From Bacillota bacterium (GTDB lineage Bacteria; Bacillota; Clostridia; Lachnospirales; Lachnospiraceae), in the NCBI GenBank assembly GCA_023391695.1, contig JAEWAK010000008.1:56081-120080 (forward strand): a DNA stretch of 64,000 nt, written 5' to 3'. The notes beneath the pieces were generated by a model. The model did not search any database. It was given only the letters and a program-made list of their open reading frames with translations, and was not told where the DNA came from. Every line of letters starts with the position of its first letter. Position 1 is the stretch's first letter. A program made the translations under genes and the position numbers. This document shows positions 26,492 through 37,268 of this stretch, one piece after another.

Positions 26492-29400
26492 ATGAATAAG
26501 GGAAAGCTAAGAAAGATAATTAGTCTTTTATTATTTCTACTGATGATTTTTAACCCGGCAGTTACTTTTGCGGAAAGTAATTATTCGCTTCCGTTTTCTT
26601 CCGTCAAGGGAGAGCTTCATACGGAATCAATGGACAAGATAGAGTCCGGTTTTATGGATTCCCTTCCGGATGATAATTACGCGGAAGCGATCGTTTATCT
26701 GAAGAGCCAGGTAGACAGCATGGAGGTTGCAAGGGAAGCGGAAAGTGAACTTTCGTCGGCCTTAACTCCGTATAAAACGAAACTTGAAGTAAGAAAAGAG
26801 GTAATCGAAGCACTTAAAGATAATGCGGAGGATACCCAGCAAAAGTTATTAAAATACATAAGCCAGGAAGAAGAAAAGAGTAATGTAGCGGAATATAAAC
26901 CATATTACATAATCAATGCAGTATATGTAAAGGCAACAAAAGATGTAATTGAAAATATTTCTTACATGGATGAAGTAGAGAAAATATATGAAAACAAAAT
27001 TGTAAAGTTGGACGAGCCTCAAATTACCACAGGAGAAATCCAGGCAAATGCTGAGGGCGTGGAATGGAATGTAGAGAAAATCAAAGCAGATGAAGTGTGG
27101 GATCTTGGCGTGGATGGAACAGGTGTTGTGGTTGGAACCATAGATACGGGAGCAACCTGGACCCATCCGGCACTCAAGGCAAAGTGGAGGGGATATGACC
27201 CCGGTGATCCGGGCAATCCCGACCCATCCGGAAACTGGTTTGATCCGATTGACGGAAGTACGCTGCCTGCCGATGAACCGAGTATTCCCCACGGAACCCA
27301 TGTTTTAGGGACCATATTGGGACAGGAACCGGACGGAAGCAATAAAGTCGGCGCAGCACCGGGAGCAACCTGGATCGCAGCAAAAGCTTTCACGCCGGAC
27401 GGAGGCTATGACGACGACATATTGTCTGCAGCAGAGTGGATGCTTGCACCGGGCGGTGATCCGGCCGCGGCACCGGATGTAATAAACAACTCCTGGGGCG
27501 GCGATTCGGGACTGGATGAGTGGTTCCTTCCTATGGTAACCGCCTGGAGGGCAGCTGAAATACTACCGGTATTTTCGGCCGGCAATGAAGATTATGGTGC
27601 AGCACCCCGGGCTTCCGTAAGTTCTCCGGCAAATTATACGGAAAGCTTTGCCGTAGGAGCAACGGATATCAATGATATCCGGGGGGATTTTTCAAGAAGA
27701 GGCCCGGGACCCTATGATAATCTGAAACCGGATGTTTCGGCTCCCGGAGTAAATATCCGTTCCTCCGTACCTGGGGGATATGAAAGCGGATGGAGCGGTA
27801 CAAGTATGGCAGCACCGTCGGTTACCGGAGCGGTTGCCTTAATTTTGTCCGCCAACAATTCCCTGTCGTTAGAAGAAGTGGAGGAATTGCTGAAAGAGAC
27901 GGCAGTGCACCTGGAAGATTCGGATGACATAGGCTATCCGAACAACGGTTACGGCTACGGGCTTATTGATACCTTTGAAGCGGTATCGAGGGTAGCAGGC
28001 GGTACCGGAACCATAGAAGGCAAAGTATTAAAAGAAGGAGAAGATCTGGAAAATCCCGTAATCCTCCACAATCAGGAAGTATTTGAAACATATCCGGGTT
28101 CCAATGTACAGATCAATGCGGAAATTTCTGATGATGTTTCCATCGTCGATGCACAGCTGCTGGTAAAGGTAACCGGCAAATCCTATTGGATCACTCTGCC
28201 CCTTACGAAAACGTCCGGGGATTATAAATCCGGGGTATATTCCGGAACCATAACCGGCGATATTATAGATCAGTCCGGATTTACCTATGTGATAAAAGCA
28301 CGGGACTATGACGGAAATGAAGCAGCTTCGGATGAGTACAAAGTAACGGTTAAATTCGGTGCCGTACCGGATGATTATTCCATTGATTTTGAAACCGATC
28401 CGGCCGGCTGGATACCGGATGGAGAATGGCAGTGGGGAGAACCGGTGAAAGGGGTAGGGCCGGCACCCCTTAGCGGCACGAAACTGATCGGAACGAATCT
28501 TGCCGGAAAATATGCCAACAACGGAGATAATGTTCTGGTATCCGTACCCTTGGATTTAAGAAATTCTGATCTGGATTTTGCACAGTTCAGAGTCAGCCAT
28601 TGGTATGAACTGGAAAATAACCGTGATAAAGGGACCGTGTATGTAAGCAATGATTACGGGAAAACCTGGAATCAGGCAGGTCCTGTCTACACAGGCACAC
28701 AGACCCAGTGGAAGGAAATTATAATTAATCTGAATGAATATATTGGCTCACCGGATCCCGTATATATCGCATTCCGTATGACTACGGACGGTTCCGTGCA
28801 AAAAACGGGCTGGTATCTGGAGGATGCAAAACTGATCGCAACCGATACGGTACCTCCGTCGGCCCCGGCCAATTTAAACGGCAGGGTTATATTTGGTACC
28901 GCAGCCCTGACATGGGATGCGGCACCGGACAGTGACTTACAGGGCTATAAAATTTACCGTTCCGATTTAATCGATGGGGAATACAGGCTTTTAGGAGAGA
29001 CTTCCGGCACTTCCTACGGAGACAGCAGTATTTTACCGGAACGCTCCTACTATTATAAAGTTTCCTCCTATGACTATGCGGGAAATGAAAGTGATTTCAC
29101 ACTTCCGCTGACCGTAGAGACAGGAGCCCTGGGAGATTACGTATACCTGGCTGACTTTGAAAAGGATAACGGAAACTTTACAACGGGAGGCACCAATAAC
29201 TCTTGGGCGTGGGGCGTACCCACCTCAGGTCCGGGAGCAGGATTGTACGGCGAGAAAGTTTGGGCGACCAACCTTTCGGGAAATTATCTAAGCAGCAGTA
29301 ATGCCTTCATAGAATCACCCGAAATTCAGTTACCTGCGGAGAAAAACAGCGTATTAACGGTTGGACAATGGTATGAAATAGAGAATAAGTATGACAAGGG

Positions 29401-32014
29401 ATATATCCAGATCTCACAGAAAAACGGAGAAAGCTGGTCAACCTGGACAGATATTGCTCCGGGAGGATATTTCACAGGAGACGGAAAGACCTGGACGGAT
29501 CTGGATATTCCGCTTGCTTCCTCCTATGCGGGGCAGACAGTAAAATTCAGGTTCCTGTTAACCAGTGACAGTTCGGTTGTAAAAACAGGCTGGTATATTG
29601 ATTATGTTTTAATTGATACAACGGAGGGAGTTACAAAGGCAATCATACCGAAGGAAAATAAAAAAGCGGAGAATGGGATTGACCTGACTGTTAAGAAGAA
29701 GGAAACAGAGGTAAAACCCTTCGAACTTGATCTGAAAGCTGCACAGTCAAAGGATACTGCAAAATATGAAACCGTCAGTGATGCTGTGTTACAGGCAATT
29801 TCTTCCGTAACGACCGGACTGCCGGTAGATGCAGCGGTGACAGTACTTGAAACCGGAAGAAGTGCAAGGACGAATCCCGCAGACGGAAGATATACCTTGA
29901 AGCATGCTGCCAATGATGGAACCGGAACCTGGACCTTAAGGGCGGAAGCTTATGGATATTATCCGGCTGAGGCACAGGTTCGGTTGGGTGAAAATAAGAC
30001 CGTTAAAAAGAATTTTGTGCTGGAAGAGATGCCAAAAGGCACAATCACGGGAAGAGTCTCAGACCGGTATTCCGGCGATCCGGCAGCCTATGCCGCCATA
30101 AGGGTGAAAGAGGATTCCAGGATACCGGTTGTCACTGCGGATGAAAACGGAGAATTTGTAATACCGGAGGTATATGAAGGCGAATATACCCTTAAAGTAA
30201 TAGCAGACGGATTCGAGCCGGGAGAAGTGAGTGTAACGGTAACCGGTAATGAAACCACGGAGATCGAGATACCCCTTAAGAGATTTGTAGGCTATGAAGA
30301 AGAAATCGTCTATGATGACGGAACCGGGGAAAATGCCCTTGTACTGAATTCGGCAGGCAACGGACTGGCCATAAGGGTGACGCCGTCCGGGTACGGAAAA
30401 GTAAAAGGTGCCAATATATTCTTCTGGGGAGAGGACTGGCCGACTCCGGGAGGGACCCAGATAGGAATTACTCTGTACGACACCGATGAAAACGGTGATC
30501 CGGTAAAGCTCAGTGTTCAGCCTAAGACCGTTAATGTGGTAAGAGGGGAATGGAATTATATAGACTTATCCGAGTATGGATTTTCTACGGACCGGGATTT
30601 CTTTATAGCAACCTATCAGACGGCGGCCGGAACTGCTTCTCCCGGAACCGGCATCGATGAAGCAAGCCCCTATGGTGACAGGTCCTATCTGTATACAGGA
30701 GATACCTTCAGTCCTCTGGAGGAGGAAGATGTGACCGGCGGATTAATGATAAGAGCGAGAATGGAATATTCGGTGGATACTCCGGTAATCACCAATCTGG
30801 AAGAGATTACCTATATCAACCGGGATACCATATTGGTAGAAGGAAAAGTAACGGCTGACGGAAAGGTAAATCTATATGCCAACGGTGTGAAAGCCGGTGA
30901 AACGAATGCGGTAAACAAAACCTTCAGCAAGGAAATAACCTTGACGGAGGATGAAAGTATAATTACGGCAGCTTCCGAATTGAACGGAAAAGAAACGGAA
31001 CCCTCCGCCGGTAAGACGGTAATAAAAGATAAAACCGCACCGGAACTCATCATTACCGAACCGGCTGACGGGTCCGTTACCAAAGAAAGGGTTGTAGATA
31101 TCGCAGGAACCGTTGCGGATGAGCATTTGGACCGGCTGGAAATTAATGAAGAAGCTGCTGAAATTGTGGATGGATCCTTCCATATCGAAAAAATTGTGCA
31201 TAGCGGTGAGAATACCTTTCATTTAAAAGCATATGATCTGGCAGGTAATACCACAGAAGAATCCGTCACCGTAACGGTTAAAAATGAACTGCCGGTTATA
31301 ACCGGTCTGGAGCCTTCAAAAGACGTTACCCTGACACCGGGAGAAGAGCTGACCGTAAGTTTTCATAGTGAGCCTGGCGGAAGCGGAGCTTTCCGTGTGA
31401 TCCTTCCAAGCGGAATTTCGACCCAGGGGAACAGTGCGGTTACCATGGAAGAAGCAGAGGAAGGCTATTATGTCGGCACCTGGACCGCTCCGGAAGCAGA
31501 GATAAACGGGCTTATTGTTGAAGCGGAATTTACCGACAACGCAGGGAATACCGTAACTGCTTTGGCGGAAGGAAAAGTCAGTATAACGGCGGAACCGGCC
31601 ATAAGTAACTTGGAACCCTCGGAGGATGTAACCTTAGAAGGCGGAGATGAACTGAATATAAGTTTTCACAGCAAAGAAGGCGGGTCAGCCTCTTTCCGGA
31701 TACTTTTTTCGGATATCAGTGTTACAAAAACTACGGTAACTAATATGGAAGAAGTTTCCCCGGGATATTATGAGGGCACCTGGACAGCTCCGTATGATAC
31801 GAAAATAAACGGTCTCGTGGTGGAAGTAAGCTATACGGACGTCGATGGAAAAACTATTACCGCTGCGGCAGAAGGCAGAATCAATATAATTGAAGCCGAG
31901 GACGGAGGAGAAAATACAATGGTGCCGGTGATCCCGGAGAAACAGGAAATCCCGGAGATACCAAGTATTCCAGATAATCCTGTGATTCCCGTAGACCCTA
32001 AAGAAACAATCTAA
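26492..32014 (+). CDS. secreted S8 subtilase, bacillopeptidase F-like multidomain protease
   Basis: Signal peptide; catalytic IDTG, HGTHVLG and GTSMAAP; FN3, carboxypeptidase-regulatory-like and Ig-like domains; internal repeats. Confidence 0.9.
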   Translation: MNKGKLRKIISLLLFLLMIFNPAVTFAESNYSLPFSSVKGELHTESMDKIESGFMDSLPDDNYAEAIVYLKSQVDSMEVAREAESELSSALTPYKTKLEVRKEVIEALKDNAEDTQQKLLKYISQEEEKSNVAEYKPYYIINAVYVKATKDVIENISYMDEVEKIYENKIVKLDEPQITTGEIQANAEGVEWNVEKIKADEVWDLGVDGTGVVVGTIDTGATWTHPALKAKWRGYDPGDPGNPDPSGNWFDPIDGSTLPADEPSIPHGTHVLGTILGQEPDGSNKVGAAPGATWIAAKAFTPDGGYDDDILSAAEWMLAPGGDPAAAPDVINNSWGGDSGLDEWFLPMVTAWRAAEILPVFSAGNEDYGAAPRASVSSPANYTESFAVGATDINDIRGDFSRRGPGPYDNLKPDVSAPGVNIRSSVPGGYESGWSGTSMAAPSVTGAVALILSANNSLSLEEVEELLKETAVHLEDSDDIGYPNNGYGYGLIDTFEAVSRVAGGTGTIEGKVLKEGEDLENPVILHNQEVFETYPGSNVQINAEISDDVSIVDAQLLVKVTGKSYWITLPLTKTSGDYKSGVYSGTITGDIIDQSGFTYVIKARDYDGNEAASDEYKVTVKFGAVPDDYSIDFETDPAGWIPDGEWQWGEPVKGVGPAPLSGTKLIGTNLAGKYANNGDNVLVSVPLDLRNSDLDFAQFRVSHWYELENNRDKGTVYVSNDYGKTWNQAGPVYTGTQTQWKEIIINLNEYIGSPDPVYIAFRMTTDGSVQKTGWYLEDAKLIATDTVPPSAPANLNGRVIFGTAALTWDAAPDSDLQGYKIYRSDLIDGEYRLLGETSGTSYGDSSILPERSYYYKVSSYDYAGNESDFTLPLTVETGALGDYVYLADFEKDNGNFTTGGTNNSWAWGVPTSGPGAGLYGEKVWATNLSGNYLSSSNAFIESPEIQLPAEKNSVLTVGQWYEIENKYDKGYIQISQKNGESWSTWTDIAPGGYFTGDGKTWTDLDIPLASSYAGQTVKFRFLLTSDSSVVKTGWYIDYVLIDTTEGVTKAIIPKENKKAENGIDLTVKKKETEVKPFELDLKAAQSKDTAKYETVSDAVLQAISSVTTGLPVDAAVTVLETGRSARTNPADGRYTLKHAANDGTGTWTLRAEAYGYYPAEAQVRLGENKTVKKNFVLEEMPKGTITGRVSDRYSGDPAAYAAIRVKEDSRIPVVTADENGEFVIPEVYEGEYTLKVIADGFEPGEVSVTVTGNETTEIEIPLKRFVGYEEEIVYDDGTGENALVLNSAGNGLAIRVTPSGYGKVKGANIFFWGEDWPTPGGTQIGITLYDTDENGDPVKLSVQPKTVNVVRGEWNYIDLSEYGFSTDRDFFIATYQTAAGTASPGTGIDEASPYGDRSYLYTGDTFSPLEEEDVTGGLMIRARMEYSVDTPVITNLEEITYINRDTILVEGKVTADGKVNLYANGVKAGETNAVNKTFSKEITLTEDESIITAASELNGKETEPSAGKTVIKDKTAPELIITEPADGSVTKERVVDIAGTVADEHLDRLEINEEAAEIVDGSFHIEKIVHSGENTFHLKAYDLAGNTTEESVTVTVKNELPVITGLEPSKDVTLTPGEELTVSFHSEPGGSGAFRVILPSGISTQGNSAVTMEEAEEGYYVGTWTAPEAEINGLIVEAEFTDNAGNTVTALAEGKVSITAEPAISNLEPSEDVTLEGGDELNISFHSKEGGSASFRILFSDISVTKTTVTNMEEVSPGYYEGTWTAPYDTKINGLVVEVSYTDVDGKTITAAAEGRINIIEAEDGGENTMVPVIPEKQEIPEIPSIPDNPVIPVDPKETI

Positions 32015-32047
32015 AGTAAAAAATTAAAATTTATAATGACTGAAAAA

Positions 32048-32090
32048 GTGAACCGCTCCCTGTCTGCACGGCAGGGGGCGATTCACCTTC
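32048..32090. terminator. terminator between the S8 protease and the convergent gene
   Basis: GTGAACCGCTCCCTGTC / GGCAGGGGGCGATTCAC stem. Confidence 0.7.
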
Positions 32091-32187
32091 TATGTAAGAA
32101 ACCGGATAAATTTAAACAATATACAAAAAGAACAGGATAATGAGAAATAATCGTCGCCCGATTGAAAAATCAAGCGATAAATTTTTA

Positions 32188-32655
32188 TTATGAGAGCGAT
32201 AATAAATCTAAAAGATAGTAATACATTTCCTTTCGTTTAATATTATAAGGATAAAAGGTATAGCGACCCAAATTAACCCCACCTTGATCTGTAAGAGGAA
32301 ATAGCACGTCAAAATTATTAGTTTTATTTTTTAGGTGAATGTCGATATGATCCTTGTCTTGCTCTGCAATAAAAGTTTTTCGGAAAAATGGTTTAAAAAT
32401 TTTATAAGAGCCGAATTGCTTAAGAAAATTATCTATTTCTTCTTTTGAGAGTTCTTTACTTTTTAATATTTTCCCTTCATCATTAGTTAAAAATATTTTC
32501 ATATAGGATATATTATATTTAGAAAAATAATGGTTTAATGTTATTGGTTTTCCAATAAAAATATTATATCCCAAACCTAATATCAGAAATCCTGAGATAC
32601 CCGCTAATAAGCCAATAGTTAGTCTTTTGAAGTACTTCAATTTTAACTCCTTCAT
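32188..32655 (-). CDS. hypothetical AT-rich membrane-anchored protein
   Basis: 155-aa ORF with one N-terminal TM helix; no recognisable motif. Confidence 0.55.
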   Translation of the reverse strand: MKELKLKYFKRLTIGLLAGISGFLILGLGYNIFIGKPITLNHYFSKYNISYMKIFLTNDEGKILKSKELSKEEIDNFLKQFGSYKIFKPFFRKTFIAEQDKDHIDIHLKNKTNNFDVLFPLTDQGGVNLGRYTFYPYNIKRKEMYYYLLDLLSLS

Positions 32656-32792
32656 ATTTTAAATTAATTACTTATTACACAGTTGAAAATAAACACAAAT
32701 TACATTCTAAGATTAATACTACATCAAATTACATAATTTTACCATAATAAATAATTCATTGCTTGTTAAAATAACAACAAAAAATAAAAATT

Positions 32793-32835
32793 CGTGATAA
32801 ATGTCACATATTTTTTTCTGGTTTCCATATATAAT
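32793..32835 (+). promoter_or_regulatory. Crp/Fnr box plus -10 element (class II geometry)
   Basis: cGTGA-TAAATG-TCACA at 32793-32808 and TATAAT at 32830-32835. Confidence 0.7.
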
Positions 32836-32870
32836 GATTGTTATAAAAATATCAAATGGAGGATAAATAC

Positions 32871-33635
32871 ATGTTTAAGGAAGAAATTCAAATACTAAGC
32901 AACACAGCTAAGGCAAAGGCGCTTATTTTAGAAAAGAAGCCCTTTGCCTATTTTTTTCTTTCTATGCTTGCCGGTATGTATATCGGAGTGGGGATACTTC
33001 TGATTTTTACTATCGGCGGATATCTGTCAGCGGCAGGTTCTCCCGCAACCAAGATAGTGATGGGTGCAAGCTTTGGGATTGCCTTAAGTTTGGTGGTAAT
33101 GGCAGGAGCGGAACTATTTACCGGAAATAATCTGGTTATGAGCGTGGGCCTTATGACAAAGTCGGTAACTCCCAGAGAAACAATTAAATTATGGATCGTC
33201 TGTTGGCTGGGAAATCTGGCAGGTTCCGTATTACTTGCCTTTTTATTCAGTAAAAGCGGCCTGGCGGCAGGCGATGTGGGAAATTTTATGGCAAAAACGA
33301 CAGAGACCAAAATGACGGTTCCGGGGCTGCCGCTTTTTATACGGGGTATCCTGTGTAACTTTTTAGTCTGTCTGGGCGTATGGTGCGGTGTAAAATTAAA
33401 ATCAGAATCCGGAAAACTGATAATGATTTTCTGGTGCTTATTTGCATTTATTACAACAGGCTTTGAACATAGTGTGGCAAATATGACTCTATTAGCAGTC
33501 GGACTTTTGAATCCTATGGATTATGCCATAAGCGCCGGGGGTTATTTTTATAACCTTGGTATTGTAACACTGGGAAATATGGTGGGAGGAATTGTATTTG
33601 TGGCATTTCCATATGTTCTTGCCGCAAAAGAATAA
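32871..33635 (+). CDS. formate/nitrite transporter family channel (NirC / hydrosulfide-channel type)
   Basis: GAELFTGN, LGNLAG, RGILCN, GFEHSVAN and GNMVGG motifs. Confidence 0.92.
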   Translation: MFKEEIQILSNTAKAKALILEKKPFAYFFLSMLAGMYIGVGILLIFTIGGYLSAAGSPATKIVMGASFGIALSLVVMAGAELFTGNNLVMSVGLMTKSVTPRETIKLWIVCWLGNLAGSVLLAFLFSKSGLAAGDVGNFMAKTTETKMTVPGLPLFIRGILCNFLVCLGVWCGVKLKSESGKLIMIFWCLFAFITTGFEHSVANMTLLAVGLLNPMDYAISAGGYFYNLGIVTLGNMVGGIVFVAFPYVLAAKE

Positions 33636-33654
33636 TAAAGTAAGGAGTGGTTTC

Positions 33655-34344
33655 ATGCCTGGTATTACAGTTGAGGAACTAAAGGAACTGGAATTTTTCC
33701 GGGAGCTGCAAAGCTCGACAATACAAATGGTATTGGAGGCAGGGCGGGTAGAGACATATAAGAAAAAGGAAATGCTTTTCCACGCTAAAACCGTGGTTGA
33801 TGAAGTTATTATCGTCCTTCAGGGTGAAGTAATGCTATATAATATTACAAAGCATGGAAACCGCAAAATTATATTTATTCTGGGACCCGGCAAGCTGTTG
33901 AACCAGAGCATTGTCAGTGATAAGCCGGTTCCGGTATTTTGCGAGGCGGCCTGTAATGTCCGCGTGTTAAAAGTTCCCCGGATTACTTTTACGGAATTGA
34001 TGGTAAGGCAGCCGGAGCTGATGTGTTCCGTTATGAAAGAATATGAACGGTATCTCTGGAGATTAAGCCATCAATTAAAGAACACGACGGGCAATATGCA
34101 GATGGAACGAAAGACTGCGGCAAAGTTATGGAAACTGGGCCGTGATTTCGGTGTGCAGGAAGAAGATGGAGTTAAAATTAACATTGAGCTTACGATTACA
34201 CTGATGGCAGATTTGCTGGGGGCTCCCAGAGAAAATGTTTCAAGAGCCTGTAAAGTATTAAGTGACAGGAAACTGATCTGTTATAAAAATAAACATTTTA
34301 CTCTTCTGGATCCGGATGGATTGGCAGAATTTTATAAAAGGTAA
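33655..34344 (+). CDS. Crp/Fnr family transcriptional regulator
   Basis: cNMP-binding-like fold plus HTH MADLLGAPRENVSR; RBS AAGGAG. Confidence 0.88.
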   Translation: MPGITVEELKELEFFRELQSSTIQMVLEAGRVETYKKKEMLFHAKTVVDEVIIVLQGEVMLYNITKHGNRKIIFILGPGKLLNQSIVSDKPVPVFCEAACNVRVLKVPRITFTELMVRQPELMCSVMKEYERYLWRLSHQLKNTTGNMQMERKTAAKLWKLGRDFGVQEEDGVKINIELTITLMADLLGAPRENVSRACKVLSDRKLICYKNKHFTLLDPDGLAEFYKR

Positions 34345-34358
34345 GAAGGGAAAGAAAT

Positions 34359-35357
34359 ATGGGAAAGTTTTTTAAAAAAGAAGAAACCGAAAAGCTGTTT
34401 CGGGAACTAAAAAAGTCGTATGATCTCTACGCTCCCAAATTATTTAAGGGGGAAGGCTGTTATTCCGATACGGATGTGGTACGGTATGGCCTTATTGATA
34501 AATGGGAAGAGATCGTATGGGATAAAAAATCGGATTACAGTTTTAAAGAAATATTGTTTCCGGTTTCGGAAACGTTGTTCTATTTTACGGAAGAAGAAAT
34601 GAAAGTGCCGGAAGGGAAAGAGAAAGCCAGTCTTATATTCTTAAGAAGCTGTGATATGCATGCGTTAAAAAGATTGGATGAAATTTATCTGAAAAATGGC
34701 AGGGAGGATTTTTATTACAGACGGCTGCGGGAGCGTACGGATTTTGCCCTGATGGGATGCAGCGAATCTTTTGAATCCTGTTTCTGTGCCGGTATGGGAA
34801 CAAACCGGTGTGATTTTTACGATATGTATATCAATCCCAAAGAGGACGGCTGTTATGTACAGGCCGTAAAAGAAAACCTTGGGCGGCTGATAGAAGATAT
34901 GGGAGAAAAAAAGGAGGAACCGGTTGCCTGGGTAACAGAAAATAAAGTGTCGGTAAAAATACCGGAACAGCTGCCGGCAGGGATCCAAAATGACGGACTC
35001 TGGGAAACCTACGGCGGACGCTGTATCGGCTGCGGGCGATGTAATTTTGTCTGTCCTGCCTGTACCTGCTTTACCATGCAGGACATTTTTTACAAGGAGA
35101 ATCCAAAGACCGGTGAACGAAGGAGAGTCTGGGCTTCCTGCCAGGTGGACGGCTATACGGATGGAGCAGGCGGCTTAAGCTTTCGAAAAAACCAGGGAGA
35201 GCGGCTGCGGTTTAAAGTTTTACACAAAATCCATGACTATAAGAAACGCTTCGGTTACCATATGTGTATTGGCTGCGGACGGTGTGAGGATATTTGTCCG
35301 GAATACATCTCCTATATCGGCTGCCTGCAGAAATTAAAAGAAATGGAGGAGGCATAA
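34359..35357 (+). CDS. asrA: anaerobic sulfite reductase subunit A
   Basis: LRSCD, CIGCGRCNFVCPACTCF and CIGCGRCEDICP motifs. Confidence 0.93.
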   Translation: MGKFFKKEETEKLFRELKKSYDLYAPKLFKGEGCYSDTDVVRYGLIDKWEEIVWDKKSDYSFKEILFPVSETLFYFTEEEMKVPEGKEKASLIFLRSCDMHALKRLDEIYLKNGREDFYYRRLRERTDFALMGCSESFESCFCAGMGTNRCDFYDMYINPKEDGCYVQAVKENLGRLIEDMGEKKEEPVAWVTENKVSVKIPEQLPAGIQNDGLWETYGGRCIGCGRCNFVCPACTCFTMQDIFYKENPKTGERRRVWASCQVDGYTDGAGGLSFRKNQGERLRFKVLHKIHDYKKRFGYHMCIGCGRCEDICPEYISYIGCLQKLKEMEEA

Positions 35358-35358
35358 T

Positions 35359-36147
35359 ATGCTCAATGAATATGTTCCTTTCTTATCAAAAATCCAGAAA
35401 ATAATACGACATACCGAACTGGAATATACCTTCCGGATGACTTTTGCAGGAAAGGTAAAGCCGGGACAGTTTTTTGAGGTGTCCATCCCTAAATTCGGAG
35501 AAGCACCTATTTCCGTCAGCGGAGTTGGAAAAGACTTTGTGGAGCTGACGATCCGCAGGGTAGGGAAAGTAACCAATGAAATATTTGAAAATCGGGAAGG
35601 CGGCAGCCTGTTTATGAGGGGGCCTTACGGAAACGGCTTTCAGCTTGAGGACTACAAGGGAAAAGAACTGATCATAGTAGCGGGAGGAACAGGGGTATCC
35701 CCGGTCAGGGGTGTCATTGATTATTTCGGTACCCATAAAAATGAAGTGGTAAGCTTAAGTGTTATTGCAGGCTTTAAATCCCCGAAAGATATATTGTTTC
35801 AGGAGGATATTGCACGCTGGAAAAAACAGATGAACCTGACCGTAACGGTAGATGCCTCAGAGGATCCGGCTTATTCCACAGGGCTGGTTACGGCGTATAT
35901 CCCGGAGCTGCCCATAGCAGATGTCAGTAATGCGGCGGCTATTGCAGTAGGACCTCCCGCCATGATGAAATTTACGGTAGCGGAACTCTTAAAACGCGGA
36001 ATGAAGGATGAACAGATATGGATATCACAGGAAAGAAAGATGTGCTGCGGACTGGGTAAATGCGGCCATTGCAAAATGGATGATACCTACATCTGCCTGG
36101 ACGGTCCGGTATTTCCTTATGTTAAGGGCAAATTACTGTTTGATTAG
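35359..36147 (+). CDS. asrB: anaerobic sulfite reductase subunit B
   Basis: GEAPIS, RGPYGNGF, AGGTG and ERKMCCGLGKCGHC motifs. Confidence 0.93.
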   Translation: MLNEYVPFLSKIQKIIRHTELEYTFRMTFAGKVKPGQFFEVSIPKFGEAPISVSGVGKDFVELTIRRVGKVTNEIFENREGGSLFMRGPYGNGFQLEDYKGKELIIVAGGTGVSPVRGVIDYFGTHKNEVVSLSVIAGFKSPKDILFQEDIARWKKQMNLTVTVDASEDPAYSTGLVTAYIPELPIADVSNAAAIAVGPPAMMKFTVAELLKRGMKDEQIWISQERKMCCGLGKCGHCKMDDTYICLDGPVFPYVKGKLLFD

Positions 36148-36159
36148 GAGGACGTAGTA

Positions 36160-37125
36160 ATGGATATTAATACGAAAAAATTAAAGAAAAATGCCTTTCG
36201 TGTAACCAAAGAACGGGGAGTCACGGCATCCCGTATCCGCGTGCCCGGAGGAAAGTGCAATGCAGAAGTTATGCAGCAGGTGGTCAGGATCGCCAATACC
36301 TACGGCAATGGGAGCATTCACCTGACCAGCCGCCAGGGTTTTGAAATCGAAGGAATTTCTTTTAAGGACATGGATAAGGTGAATGAAATGCTCCAGCCAA
36401 TTATTGAGAACCTGGGTACTGCCCAGACTGTTTGGGGTACCGGATATCCTGCCTCCGGAACACGGAATGTGAGTGCCTGCATCGGAAACCGTGTCTGTCC
36501 CTTTGCCAACTATAGTACGGATGTTTTTGCAAAGAGAATTGAAGCCGCTATTTTTCCCAATGACCTGCACTTTAAGATTGCCCTTACCGGATGCCCCAAT
36601 GACTGTGAGAAAGCCCGGATGCATGATTTTGGAATTATAGGGATGACCATGCCCCGGTATGACCCAAACCGCTGTGTAAGCTGTAAAGCCTGCGTGAAGG
36701 GGTGTGATAAATTATCCGTGGATGCATTAAGAATGGAAAATTACAGAGTGGCCAGAAATGAGGAGAAATGTATCGGCTGCGGCGTATGTGTCATAAAATG
36801 CCCTACCCGTGCCTGGACGAGAAGCCTGAAAAAATATTACCGACTGACTATTATGGGCAGGACCGGGAAACGTAATCCAAGGCTTGGCGAAGATTTCCTG
36901 GTATGGGCCGATGAGGATACGATTATCAAAGTGATTTTAAATACCTATAAATTTGTGGAGAAATATATTGACCGGTCTGCTCCGGGGGGAAAGGAGCACG
37001 TTGGCTATATTGTGGACCGTGTCGGTTTCCCGGAATATAAAAAATGGGCCCTTGACGGGATAGAGCTGCCTCCTGAAACACTGGTAAAAGATAATGTTTA
37101 TTGGAGTGGTGTCCATTACCGTTAG
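36160..37125 (+). CDS. asrC: anaerobic sulfite reductase subunit C (siroheme)
   Basis: ACIGNRVC, TGCPNDC and two 4Fe-4S motifs. Confidence 0.93.
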   Translation: MDINTKKLKKNAFRVTKERGVTASRIRVPGGKCNAEVMQQVVRIANTYGNGSIHLTSRQGFEIEGISFKDMDKVNEMLQPIIENLGTAQTVWGTGYPASGTRNVSACIGNRVCPFANYSTDVFAKRIEAAIFPNDLHFKIALTGCPNDCEKARMHDFGIIGMTMPRYDPNRCVSCKACVKGCDKLSVDALRMENYRVARNEEKCIGCGVCVIKCPTRAWTRSLKKYYRLTIMGRTGKRNPRLGEDFLVWADEDTIIKVILNTYKFVEKYIDRSAPGGKEHVGYIVDRVGFPEYKKWALDGIELPPETLVKDNVYWSGVHYR

Positions 37126-37171
37126 GAGGCGTCTTCCGGTGTGAATAACCACTGCAATTTTCAGTCGTACT

Positions 37172-37268
37172 GAAAGAGATAATTTAAACTGAGATTAAAA
37201 TATAAATGAATTATGGGCGTATTGCAAGCTGATATATTATACTAAGTTTGCAGTACGCCTTTTGTTTG
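37172..37268 (+). repeat. direct repeat copy 1, containing a terminator
   Basis: First 62 bp are 59/62 identical to 44118-44179; hairpin GGCGTATTGCAA / TTGCAGTACGCC followed by a T tract. Confidence 0.85.
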
